A stretch of 32,000 nt of DNA from Synechococcus sp. A15-24 (GTDB taxonomy: Bacteria; Cyanobacteriota; Cyanobacteriia; PCC-6307; Cyanobiaceae): contig NZ_CP047960.1 of the NCBI RefSeq assembly GCF_014280195.1, forward strand, positions 2,190,001 to 2,222,000, in the 5' to 3' direction. The notes below the pieces were generated by a model. The model saw only the letters and a program-made list of their open reading frames with translations, ran no database searches and was not told the DNA's origin. The position numbers and the translations under genes were made by a program. Positions 1 through 12,953 of this stretch are shown one piece after another (the stretch's first letter is position 1; each line of letters starts with the position of its first letter).

Positions 1-191
1 GGCCGAATCGCTGCGATGCAGTGAAGGCCGCTGATGGATCAGCTGGCATCAGTCAGAAAAGGCACGGAGCTGCACTCTTCCTTGCAGCCCCATATCCACG
101 TTCATTAAACACTAGATGTTGAGTGCGGCAAACCTACAAACGCTCCATACGGTGTTTGGCGAAGTCCCCCTGAGGTCCTTAGCTGGAGTGA

Positions 192-1899
<1,708 letters not shown>

Positions 1900-1906
<7 letters not shown>

Positions 1907-2298
1907 AAGTGCCGTGCATCAGCCCGTTGTTGCCGCAATCGGGTGTGCTGCTGAGCGATCAGCTCCACCACCAAGGTGGGATGGCGATGGATCAGCGCGA
2001 GAAATCCCGAGCGGTTCAGCCGGATCAGCGCCAGGGGGGTCAACGCTTTGGCATCACGGCTGTGGAACTGGTTGGTGGTCACCAGATCCTCGTAAAAAAA
2101 CAACTCACCGGAGCCGTAGCGGATGCGGTTTCGGGGGCCACAACTAAGTTCCACCAGCCCCTGCTGAACAATATGAATGGCATGCACCGGTTCGCCACGA
2201 CGGAACACAAAAGCGCCGGTGGGCAGCGTCAGACGATCAGCCTCAGGATGCTCACCGATCAGCTCAAGAGCATTATTAGATCGGTACAACGCGGTCAA
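1900..2298 (-). CDS. stand-alone cyclic-nucleotide-binding (cNMP/Crp-type effector) domain protein with no DNA-binding domain
   Basis: 132-aa ORF. 'FRRGEPVHAIHIVQQGLVEL...GELFFYEDL...RDAKALTPLALIRLNRSGFLAL' matches the beta-roll pattern of cNMP-binding domains. There is no room for an HTH. Its 3' end overlaps the speB 3' end by 7 nt. Confidence 0.6.
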
Positions 2299-2745
2299 TT
2301 CGTGAAAAAAGACAAGAGATGATCATCGACTGAAAAACACATCTTCTTCGTGACATACATCACAGTCAGCGAAGTCTTGACCAAAGCTTCACCGAGTCTT
2401 AAGCGAAGGTACGGTCCAGCTCAAGCTGTTGATCCATCTGCGGGAGCTGTTCCCTACTGAACATGGGCAACTGAGGCGATCTCGGTGTCCAGTGATGGCA
2501 GACCACGAGATCTGCCACGTCCGCATGCACAGCCAAACGACGCAAGCGGCACCACCCTTCGGCTGTTCCGCCCCCCGAACAGTGCTGACAGCTGCGACAG
2601 CTGGGATTGGGCGTCAATAACAGACAGCGAAGAGCACTCAAGCTAGGGACGGTCGAAAAAATGGACCAGTCCCGCTGGCGAATCTGCGGGTTCCCTTCCA
2701 GTTGGTGAAGCACTCCATAAGAATGCTGCGGTCATCCTCCCGTTC

Positions 2746-3849
2746 ATGACGCTGCAGCGCACACCCCTCCATCAGCTCTGCCGGGACGGCGGCGGCCGCA
2801 TGGTGCCCTTCGCTGGTTGGGAGATGCCGGTGCAGTTCAGCGGCCTGATCCAGGAGCACAAGGCCGTACGGGAGCAGGTGGGGATGTTCGACATCTCCCA
2901 CATGGGCGTCTTGCGACTGGAAGGCCCGAATCCGAAAGATGCGTTGCAACAGCTGGTGCCGAGCGATCTTCATCGCATCGGACCCGGCGAAGCCTGCTAC
3001 ACCGTCTTGCTCAACGAGAGCGGTGGCATCCGCGATGACCTGATCGTTTACGACTGCGGCGCCGTTGATGCCGAACGGGGTGCCCTGGTGCTCGTGATCA
3101 ATGCAGCCTGCGCTGAAGCGGACACCGCCTGGATCCGTGACCAAATGGAACCGGCTGGCCTCACGGTGAGCGACATCAAGGCGGGTGGCGTACTGCTAGC
3201 CCTGCAAGGCCCGCAGGCCATCCCTCTGCTGGAGGAGCTGTCTGGCGAAAGCCTCAGCGGCTTGCCCCGCTTCGGACATCGCACCCTGAGCCTCAAAGGT
3301 CTTGCCCATCCCGTGTTCACGGGCCGTACGGGCTACACCGGTGAAGACGGTGCCGAGTTGCTGCTGACCGACGACGACGGACGAAAGCTCTGGCAGGTTC
3401 TGCTGGATCGCGGCGTCAGCCCCTGTGGTCTCGGCGCGCGCGACACCCTGCGTCTCGAAGCTGCCATGCATCTCTACAGCATGGACATGAATGCCGACAC
3501 CACCCCCTTTGAAGCAGGGCTCGGCTGGCTGGTGCATCTGGAGATGCCTGCGGATTTCGTCGGTCGGCAGGCCCTGGAGCAGGCCGCAGCATCCGGTCCC
3601 TCAAAACGACTCGTGGGCCTCAAATTGCAGGGACGCGCCATCGCCCGTCACGACTACCCCGTGCTCCACAACGGCGAGACCGTCGGTGTGGTGACCAGCG
3701 GCACCTGGTCTCCAACCCTGGAGGAGCCCATCGCGCTGGCTTACGTCCCCACAGCCTTGGCCAAAATCGGAACGGAACTCAGCGTTGAGATCCGCGGTAA
3801 GGCCCAACCCGCCTGCGTGGTCAAACGCCCCTTCTACCGCCGGTCCTGA
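2746..3849 (+). CDS. gcvT: glycine cleavage system T protein (aminomethyltransferase)
   Basis: 367-aa ORF. '[13 protein letters not shown]', '[17 protein letters not shown]', '[10 protein letters not shown]', '[14 protein letters not shown]' and 'SGTWSPTL' are classic GcvT motifs. Confidence 0.92.
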   Translation: MTLQRTPLHQLCRDGGGRMVPFAGWEMPVQFSGLIQEHKAVREQVGMFDISHMGVLRLEGPNPKDALQQLVPSDLHRIGPGEACYTVLLNESGGIRDDLIVYDCGAVDAERGALVLVINAACAEADTAWIRDQMEPAGLTVSDIKAGGVLLALQGPQAIPLLEELSGESLSGLPRFGHRTLSLKGLAHPVFTGRTGYTGEDGAELLLTDDDGRKLWQVLLDRGVSPCGLGARDTLRLEAAMHLYSMDMNADTTPFEAGLGWLVHLEMPADFVGRQALEQAAASGPSKRLVGLKLQGRAIARHDYPVLHNGETVGVVTSGTWSPTLEEPIALAYVPTALAKIGTELSVEIRGKAQPACVVKRPFYRRS

Positions 3850-3886
3850 GCTGTGGGAAACTCGCCTGTCCTCGGCTGAAACTCCC

Positions 3887-5716
3887 ATGCGCAGCAACGG
3901 TTGCGGCGACCTGCGCGAGCAGAACATCGACAACGCGGTGCAGCTGTGCGGCTGGGTAGACCGGCGCCGCGACCATGGCGGCGTGATCTTCATCGACCTG
4001 CGGGATCGCTCCGGCACCGTGCAGATAACGGTGGATCCCGATCTTGGGGCTGAGGCCTTTGCTGTGGCCGAGCACCTGCGCAGCGAAACCGTGCTGCAGG
4101 TGGAAGGAAAGGTGCGGGCCCGTCCGGCTGAATCGTTGAACGACAAGCTGGCCACCGGTGCCGTGGAAGTGCTGGCCAACGGAATCACCGTGCTCAACAG
4201 CGTTAAGGGCAACCTGCCCTTTCCCGTGTCGGTGCACGACGATGAGAACACCCGCGAAGAGCTGCGGCTGCGCCACCGCTACCTGGATCTGCGCCGCAAG
4301 CGCATGAACGACAACCTGCGCCTGCGGGCCCAGACGATTCAGGCAGCCCGTCGCTTCCTGGAGGACGCAGGCTTCATCGAGGTGGAGACCCCGGTGCTGA
4401 CCCGCTCCACACCGGAAGGAGCCCGCGACTACGTGCTGCCCAGCCGGGTCTGCGGTGGTGAATGGTTTGCCCTGCCCCAGTCGCCGCAGCTGTTCAAGCA
4501 ACTGCTGATGGTGGGCGGCATCGAGCGCTACTACCAGGTAGCCCGCTGTTTCCGCGACGAAGACCTACGGGCCGATCGCCAGCCGGAATTCACCCAGCTG
4601 GATATCGAGATGAGCTTCATGGATCAGCAGCAGATCCTGGAGCTGAACGAATCGCTGATCTGCGCCATCTGGAAGGCCGTGAAGAGCATCGAACTGCCGC
4701 GGCCCTTCCCGCGCATGACCTGGCATGACGCCATGGAGCGCTATGGCACCGACCGGCCCGACACCCGCTACGGCATGGAGCTCATCAACGTGAGCGACAT
4801 CGTGAAGGACATGGGCTTCAAGGTGTTCAGCGGTGCTGTGAAATCCGGCGGCGCGGTGAAGTGCATCGCGGTGCCCGGCGGCAACGATGCGGTGAGCAAC
4901 GTGCGGATCAAGCCCGGCGGCGATGTGTTCAGTGAAGCCCAGAAAGCCGGTGCCGGCGGCCTGGCCTTCATCCGCGTGCGCGACGGCGGCGAGATCGACA
5001 CCATCGGCGCGATCAAGGACAACCTCAGCGACGGGCAGAAGCAGGAGCTGCTCAGCCGCACCGGCGCCGAGCCCGGCACCCTGCTGCTGTTCGGCGCCGG
5101 CGATACCGCCACGGCGAACAAAGCCCTCGACCGGGTGCGCCAGTACCTGGCCAAGGAGCTGGGCATGGTCAAGGCCGACCTGGACAACGACCAGTGGAAC
5201 TTCCTCTGGGTGGTGGATTTCCCGATGTTCGAGTTCAACAGCGACGAGAACCGTTACGAGGCCCTGCACCATCCCTTCTGCGCCCCCAATGCCGAGGATC
5301 TCGGCAGCGATGCCTCCCTGTGGGCCGACACCCTGCCGGGTGCCCGGGCCCAGGCCTACGACCTCGTGCTCAATGGCCTGGAGCTCGGCGGCGGCTCCCT
5401 GCGCATCCACGACTCAGCCCTGCAACGCCAGGTGCTTCAGACCGTTGGCTTGCCGCTCGAGGAAGCCCAGGAACAGTTCGGCTTCCTGATGGACGCCCTT
5501 GATGTGGGCGCCCCACCCCACGGCGGCTTGGCCTTCGGTGTTGACCGGATGGTGATGCTGCTGGCCGGCGAGGAATCGATCCGCGACACCATCGCCTTCC
5601 CAAAAACCCAGCAAGCTCGCTGCCTGATGACCAATGCCCCGGGCGGAGTCGCCGACAAGCAGCTGGAAGAGCTGCATGTGGCCAGCACTTGGGTGGACCC
5701 CAGCGACGACGAGTGA
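3887..5716 (+). CDS. aspS: aspartyl-tRNA synthetase (class IIb)
   Basis: '[22 protein letters not shown]', '[11 protein letters not shown]', '[23 protein letters not shown]' and 'GGGSLRIH' motifs. I chose the internal ATG at 3887 ([11 protein letters not shown]...) because the track start at 3785 lies inside gcvT. Confidence 0.92.
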   Translation: MRSNGCGDLREQNIDNAVQLCGWVDRRRDHGGVIFIDLRDRSGTVQITVDPDLGAEAFAVAEHLRSETVLQVEGKVRARPAESLNDKLATGAVEVLANGITVLNSVKGNLPFPVSVHDDENTREELRLRHRYLDLRRKRMNDNLRLRAQTIQAARRFLEDAGFIEVETPVLTRSTPEGARDYVLPSRVCGGEWFALPQSPQLFKQLLMVGGIERYYQVARCFRDEDLRADRQPEFTQLDIEMSFMDQQQILELNESLICAIWKAVKSIELPRPFPRMTWHDAMERYGTDRPDTRYGMELINVSDIVKDMGFKVFSGAVKSGGAVKCIAVPGGNDAVSNVRIKPGGDVFSEAQKAGAGGLAFIRVRDGGEIDTIGAIKDNLSDGQKQELLSRTGAEPGTLLLFGAGDTATANKALDRVRQYLAKELGMVKADLDNDQWNFLWVVDFPMFEFNSDENRYEALHHPFCAPNAEDLGSDASLWADTLPGARAQAYDLVLNGLELGGGSLRIHDSALQRQVLQTVGLPLEEAQEQFGFLMDALDVGAPPHGGLAFGVDRMVMLLAGEESIRDTIAFPKTQQARCLMTNAPGGVADKQLEELHVASTWVDPSDDE

Positions 5717-5817
5717 TTCCTCACCTGAGCTGAGCAGATCCCAAAGGGATTCAGCGCTTTTGTCGCACTGACGACGGCTGCGGGGAACCCTTAAGGCAGT
5801 CCAATTGCTCCACGCCG

Positions 5818-6951
5818 TTGCCCCGTCAACCCCGACGGACCGGGGAAACCCGCGATCGCCGCAGCCGCAGCACGACAGATCTGCTGCGGCTGTACCTGCA
5901 GGACATTGGCCGGGTTGATCTGCTCACCAACGAGGAGGAGGTGACGCTGGCCCGGCTGGTGCAACGACGGGAAGCGTTGCTGCAGCAGCAACGGGATCTG
6001 GCCACCAGTAACGCCGCCATCGGAGAGCTTTACAGCCTTGAGGAACTGCAGCGTCGGGAAGCCAATCAGCACAGCCATTGGCCCACCAAGCAGGAATGGG
6101 CTCGCGCCGCAGGCCTGTGCCTGACGGAACTGCAACAGCGGATCGAAGCCGGCTACAGCGCCTGGGCCCGGGAAGCCAACCTCGAAGCCCGTGAGCTCAA
6201 GACAGCCCTGCGCAATGGTCGCCGGGCCAAGGACCACATGATCCAGGCCAACCTGCGCCTGGTGGTAGCCGTGGCCAAGAAGTACCAGCAACGCGGCATG
6301 GAACTGCTGGACCTGGTGCAAGAGGGCACCCTCGGCCTGGAACGGGCGGTGGAAAAGTTCGACCCAACACGGGGCTTTCGTTTCAGCACCTACGCCTACT
6401 GGTGGATCCGCCAAGGCATGACGCGGGCTATTGCCACCCAGAGCCGCACGATCCGGCTACCGGTGCATGTCACCGAAAAACTCAACCGGATCAAACGGGC
6501 GCAGCAGGAAATCGCCACCAACGAAGGACGCATCGCCTCGATCGCCGATCTGGCCCGTGCGCTGAAGCTCAGTGAGGACACCGTGCGCCAGACCCTTGCC
6601 CGGGTTCCCCGCTCCGTGTCGTTGGACACCCGTGTGGGGCGGGACCAGGACACCCAACTGGGAGACCTGATCGAAGACGGCAAAGCCACACCGGAACAGA
6701 GCCTCACCCACGACGAACTGCACAACGACCTCGAGCATCTGCTCGATGAGCTCACCAGCCGAGAAGCGGCGGTGCTGCGACGGCGCTTCGGACTGGAGGA
6801 CGACACGCCCCAGACCCTGGCGCAGATCGGTGAAGCCTTGAAATTATCCCGCGAACGGGTGCGTCAGATCGAAACGCGGGCCCTGCTGAAGCTGCGTCAA
6901 CCGCAAAGGAGGAGCAAGGTGCGGGACTACATCCAGGGGCTGGATTCATGA
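5818..6951 (+). CDS. RNA polymerase sigma-70 family factor, group 2 type
   Basis: Region 1.2 'DLLRLYLQDIG', region 2 'ANLRLVVAVAKKY...GTLGLERAVEKFDPTRGFRFSTYAYWWIRQ', region 3 'IRLPVHVTEKLN' and region 4 'TLAQIGEALKLSRERVRQIE'. There is no in-frame ATG upstream of region 1.2. The only candidate start seen is TTG at 5818. Confidence 0.9.
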   Translation: MPRQPRRTGETRDRRSRSTTDLLRLYLQDIGRVDLLTNEEEVTLARLVQRREALLQQQRDLATSNAAIGELYSLEELQRREANQHSHWPTKQEWARAAGLCLTELQQRIEAGYSAWAREANLEARELKTALRNGRRAKDHMIQANLRLVVAVAKKYQQRGMELLDLVQEGTLGLERAVEKFDPTRGFRFSTYAYWWIRQGMTRAIATQSRTIRLPVHVTEKLNRIKRAQQEIATNEGRIASIADLARALKLSEDTVRQTLARVPRSVSLDTRVGRDQDTQLGDLIEDGKATPEQSLTHDELHNDLEHLLDELTSREAAVLRRRFGLEDDTPQTLAQIGEALKLSRERVRQIETRALLKLRQPQRRSKVRDYIQGLDS

Positions 6952-7020
6952 ACCTGAATCAAAGCTCCCAATTAACCTTCGGATGACGCTGGAGATCGAG
7001 CCCCACGCCAGGTAGCTTGA

Positions 7021-9290
<2,270 letters not shown>

Positions 9291-9449
9291 ACCATTACGC
9301 AACACCAAAACCACTCATACTCATGCAACTCTCAGGATCCATTCAGAGAGATTCATGAGAACACCCATCTTTGAAGACGCTATCATTCAAACGAACACTT
9401 TCCACAACTTTTCCAAAAAGGACCTTCAACGTAGTATTTCCGGCGACTA

Positions 9450-12400
9450 ATGCCAAAAAAATATGGCTATGACAAGGCGGACGACCAAGGCAATAGAGCC
9501 ACTAAAAGCATCAAAAAGTCCAATAGAAGTAGCATTAAAAATAAAAGTTTATCCAGACCAATTGTCGACAGAGATGGCAATGGCTTAGTCGACAGCTCCG
9601 AGAAGACTGGATACCAGCTCTACATCCCCGAAAGCGAGATTTTTATTACCACCGCATCTGGTAAAATATTTTCCGATGTAACATCTAAAAAGTGGTCAGC
9701 CATTGCGGCAGCCCCAGCAGAGAAAGGACATCAAGTTTTAATAGCGAACAATCAATCCAAAAAAGCCAAATACCAAATTTGGAGATTGAGAAGCAAGGGA
9801 ATCGTCCATTTAAAAGGTCGGCGGCTCACAGAAAGAGCCCTTAGCTCACAAGGCTACGAGCAAGTTTTCGATATTGATTTTAATGGTGACGGCATCATTG
9901 AAGCTGACACACTGATCGACGCAGGAGACGCAGATTTCTCTCTGACGGGAACTGCAATGGTTGGGAAACGATTACGGGCGATGCGAGCTGCCGATGATCC
10001 AGATGGAAATGGACGACTCCTCATCACCTGGCAGTCATCATCAGGAGCAAGCATCTGGACAACAACCGACACCGGCAAATCGATAAGTATCCCAGCAACA
10101 CTGGAGGGCGCTCAGGTCCGTGCCAGGGTTGAGTACAAAGATGGCGATAGGTTTCAAGAAACTGTCTTTACCCAGTCGCGCTTCATTCCATACATCGATC
10201 ACGGCGATGCTGCCTTCCTAATTCAAGGCACTCCAGCAGTCGGTCAAACCCTCTCTATCTCACAATCCGTCGCTGATCCCGATGGGGATGGGACACCCTC
10301 CTTCTCCTGGCTCCAATCCCGCGACGGCATCAACTGGTCTTTCCTTAGCTCCAACCCCACCTTCGCCATTTCTGACAACCTGGAAGGGCAGAACATCAGG
10401 GCGGACGTCCGATACACCGATGGCCAGGGCTTTGAGGAATCCATCTCCACGAATGCTGTCTCCATTCCCTACGTCGATAGCGGCGACGCTGCCTTCCTGA
10501 TTCAAGGCACTCCAGCAGTCGGTCAAACCCTCTCTATCTCACAATCCGTCGCTGATCCCGATGGGGATGGGACACCCTCCTTCTCCTGGCTCCAATCCCG
10601 CGACGGCATCAACTGGTCTTTCCTTAGCTCCAACCCCACCTTCGCCATTCCCGACAACCTGGAAGGGCAGAACATCAGGGCAGACGTCCAATACACCGAT
10701 GGCCAAGGCTTTGAGGAATCCATCTCCACAAATGCTGTCTCCATTCCCTACGTCGATAGCGGAGATGCTGCCTTCCTAATTCAAGGCACTCCAGCAGTCG
10801 GTCAAACCCTCTCTATCCATCGCTCCATCGACGATCCAGATGGCAACGGTGATGACACGCTTGAGATCACCTGGCAAGCCTCCCTCGATGGAGTCAATTG
10901 GTCTCTCGCCAGCACCAACCCCTCCTTAATCATTCCCAAAACCCTCGAGGGGCATCGAATCGATGCAACTGTCGCCTACACCGATACTCAGGGATTCAGC
11001 GAATCCATCAGCACCGACGATCTCACCATTCCTTTCATCGACGACGGTGATGCAGCCTTCACAATCCAAGGCACGCCAGACGTCGGCCAAACACTCTCCA
11101 TCCATCGCTCCACCGACGACCCAGATGGTAATGGTGATGACTCGCTGGAGATCACCTGGCAAGCCTCTCTCGATGGCATCACTTGGTGGGAAGTCGGAAC
11201 TACCCCCTTATTCCAGATCGGACCTGAGCTCGCCGGACATCAACTCAATGCCTTCGTACGGTACGTTGATGGGCAAGGTTTCAAAGAAAGAATTAGATCC
11301 GTCAACGTCTCCATTTCAGGCGCCATTGAATCAAACCTCAGTAGAGTCGACGACTTCGATAGCAACATAAATACAAGTGGCAAGCTCAATGTCAACAGCA
11401 GTATTGACGGTGAACTTGAATCTGCTGGCGACCGCGACTGGTTTGCCATCGACCTGACAGCAGGCCGTAGATACCAAGTCGACCTGGATGGCGTCAGTCT
11501 TCACGATCCCTTCCTCTATCTCCGCAACGGGTCATCAGACCTGATTAATTTTAATGATGACAAGTCCTTATTCAGCCTTAATTCACAGATAATTTTTGAC
11601 GTAGATAGCAGTGATACGTATTACCTTGACGCAGGCTCTTACGACGACGCTTATGCGGGTCGCTATACCCTCAAAGCCTCTGAGCTCAGTGCAGTAAAAC
11701 CTAGTTTCAGCAGCACGGATGGTTACGGCCATGTGAGCGCCAGACGCGCCTTCGAAGAACTTTTGGATATTTCACTTGACCCAGTCGCCTCCATTGGCGG
11801 CGCACTCTGGGGAGTCGACAATGTTGATGCGCCAGAAGTTTGGAACGGTGGCAGCATTTTTCCAGGTACAACAGGTGGTGGAACTACTGTTGCGGTGATC
11901 GACACAGGTGTGGATCTGGATCACCCAGAATTTGCAGGTCGCATTGTTGCTGGATACGACTTCGTCGACAACGATTCAATCGCTGATGATGGCGAAGGCC
12001 ATGGCACCCATGTTGCTGGCATTATCGCTGGTGCTAATGACGGTCAGGGAATAACCGGGGTCGCCCATGACACCTCGATCATGCCCCTTCGAGTTTTGGA
12101 TAATGATGGCAATGGCTGGGTCAGTGACATCATTTCCGCAGTGCGGTGGGCTGCCGACAACGGAGCTGATGTGATCAATTTATCTCTGGGTGGAGATGGC
12201 TCCAGCCAGGCCATGGCCGATGCCATTCGTTACGCATCACAGCGCGGGAGCGTTGTCGTAATGGCCTCTGGCAACACCGGTAGCAATTCCCCCGACTATC
12301 CCGCCGCCCATGCCATCAATCACGGCATTGCTGTTGGTGCTGCAAACAGCTATCAATTCCTAGCCGGGTTCTCCAACCGCGCCGGGAGCACACCGTTGGA

Positions 12401-12950
12401 TTACGTCACAGCACCGGGCGTCAATATCTATTCAGCTGTTCCTGGAGGCGGTTACGACACGTTCAACGGGACATCGATGGCGGCTCCGCATGTGGCCGGA
12501 GTTGCAGCCCTACTTAAAAGTTATAACCAGGGCTTATCAGCATCAACTATCGAAGATCTGCTCACAAACTCTGGTAGCAATTCACAAGGTAGAGCTACAG
12601 CATCAAATCAATCACCTCCGACAGGATTGACAATAAGTGATGTGATCACCCGGCAGACACTTGATACTTTCAGTGACAAACAACTCAATGGCACTTTGAT
12701 CGCCAGCATTGACGGAAACCGGCAAGAATGCCGCTCAACTATCCGCTTGCTCAAGCGAGGGATTCGATCCAACGATGTCACTTACAAAGGCCTGGAAGAT
12801 GTGCGTGTGATCGAAGCCAGTCGCAACAGCTTTGCCACGCTGAAGATCTCCAATGAGCGTTCGGTAGACCAGCGGGAGTTACTGAGTGAACTTCTGGCCA
12901 CCAACCACTTCAATTACTTTGAAGTCGACCAACAATTTTCAATCGTCTGA
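9450..12950 (+). CDS. 1166-aa multidomain subtilisin-like (S8) serine peptidase: basic N-terminus, 5 tandem ~93-aa repeats, PPC-like module, S8 catalytic domain, propeptide(I9)-like C-terminus
   Basis: Single uninterrupted ORF in lower-GC DNA. S8 triad contexts are 'VAVIDTGVDLDHPEF' (D, 11901-11903), 'GEGHGTHVAGIIAG' (H, 12000-12002) and 'NGTSMAAPHVAGVAALL' (S, 12474-12476). The PPC-like stretch is 'GDRDWFAIDLTAGRRYQVDL...TYYLDAGSY...GRYTLKA'. No hydrophobic N-terminal signal peptide is visible. Confidence 0.85.
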   Translation: MPKKYGYDKADDQGNRATKSIKKSNRSSIKNKSLSRPIVDRDGNGLVDSSEKTGYQLYIPESEIFITTASGKIFSDVTSKKWSAIAAAPAEKGHQVLIANNQSKKAKYQIWRLRSKGIVHLKGRRLTERALSSQGYEQVFDIDFNGDGIIEADTLIDAGDADFSLTGTAMVGKRLRAMRAADDPDGNGRLLITWQSSSGASIWTTTDTGKSISIPATLEGAQVRARVEYKDGDRFQETVFTQSRFIPYIDHGDAAFLIQGTPAVGQTLSISQSVADPDGDGTPSFSWLQSRDGINWSFLSSNPTFAISDNLEGQNIRADVRYTDGQGFEESISTNAVSIPYVDSGDAAFLIQGTPAVGQTLSISQSVADPDGDGTPSFSWLQSRDGINWSFLSSNPTFAIPDNLEGQNIRADVQYTDGQGFEESISTNAVSIPYVDSGDAAFLIQGTPAVGQTLSIHRSIDDPDGNGDDTLEITWQASLDGVNWSLASTNPSLIIPKTLEGHRIDATVAYTDTQGFSESISTDDLTIPFIDDGDAAFTIQGTPDVGQTLSIHRSTDDPDGNGDDSLEITWQASLDGITWWEVGTTPLFQIGPELAGHQLNAFVRYVDGQGFKERIRSVNVSISGAIESNLSRVDDFDSNINTSGKLNVNSSIDGELESAGDRDWFAIDLTAGRRYQVDLDGVSLHDPFLYLRNGSSDLINFNDDKSLFSLNSQIIFDVDSSDTYYLDAGSYDDAYAGRYTLKASELSAVKPSFSSTDGYGHVSARRAFEELLDISLDPVASIGGALWGVDNVDAPEVWNGGSIFPGTTGGGTTVAVIDTGVDLDHPEFAGRIVAGYDFVDNDSIADDGEGHGTHVAGIIAGANDGQGITGVAHDTSIMPLRVLDNDGNGWVSDIISAVRWAADNGADVINLSLGGDGSSQAMADAIRYASQRGSVVVMASGNTGSNSPDYPAAHAINHGIAVGAANSYQFLAGFSNRAGSTPLDYVTAPGVNIYSAVPGGGYDTFNGTSMAAPHVAGVAALLKSYNQGLSASTIEDLLTNSGSNSQGRATASNQSPPTGLTISDVITRQTLDTFSDKQLNGTLIASIDGNRQECRSTIRLLKRGIRSNDVTYKGLEDVRVIEASRNSFATLKISNERSVDQRELLSELLATNHFNYFEVDQQFSIV
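9921..11327 (+). repeat. in-frame tandem coding repeat array, 5 units (279, 279, 279, 285, 285 bp)
   Basis: Unit starts at 9921, 10200, 10479, 10758 and 11043. Units 2 and 3 (10200-10478 and 10479-10757) differ at only a handful of positions. Unit 4 shares the first ~60 bp with them. The periodicity also appears as duplicated shadow ORFs in the track (10244-10465 and 10523-10744). Confidence 0.95.
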
Positions 12951-12953
12951 TCC

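Noticed and set aside
2299-2745. Glycine riboswitch upstream of gcvT
   Set aside because: I could not find the conserved glycine-aptamer core elements (GGAGAG..., ACCGAAGGGGCAA, CTCAGGCAAAAGGAC-like) on the gcvT strand. A covariance-model scan would be needed to exclude a divergent one.
3601-5410. Several long minus-strand ORFs (3601-4251, 3821-4501, 4565-5410, 4768-5238) antisense to aspS. Similar ORFs are antisense to pyrG (7588-8421) and to the GH13 gene (17472-18194, plus strand).
   Set aside because: These are GC-rich antisense or off-frame ORFs with no recognisable motifs, and each overlaps a confidently identified gene.
9921-11327. Periodic repeats that might suggest a CRISPR array or satellite
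   Set aside because: The units are contiguous with no spacers, 279-285 bp long, a multiple of 3, and in frame within one long ORF. They are protein-domain repeats.
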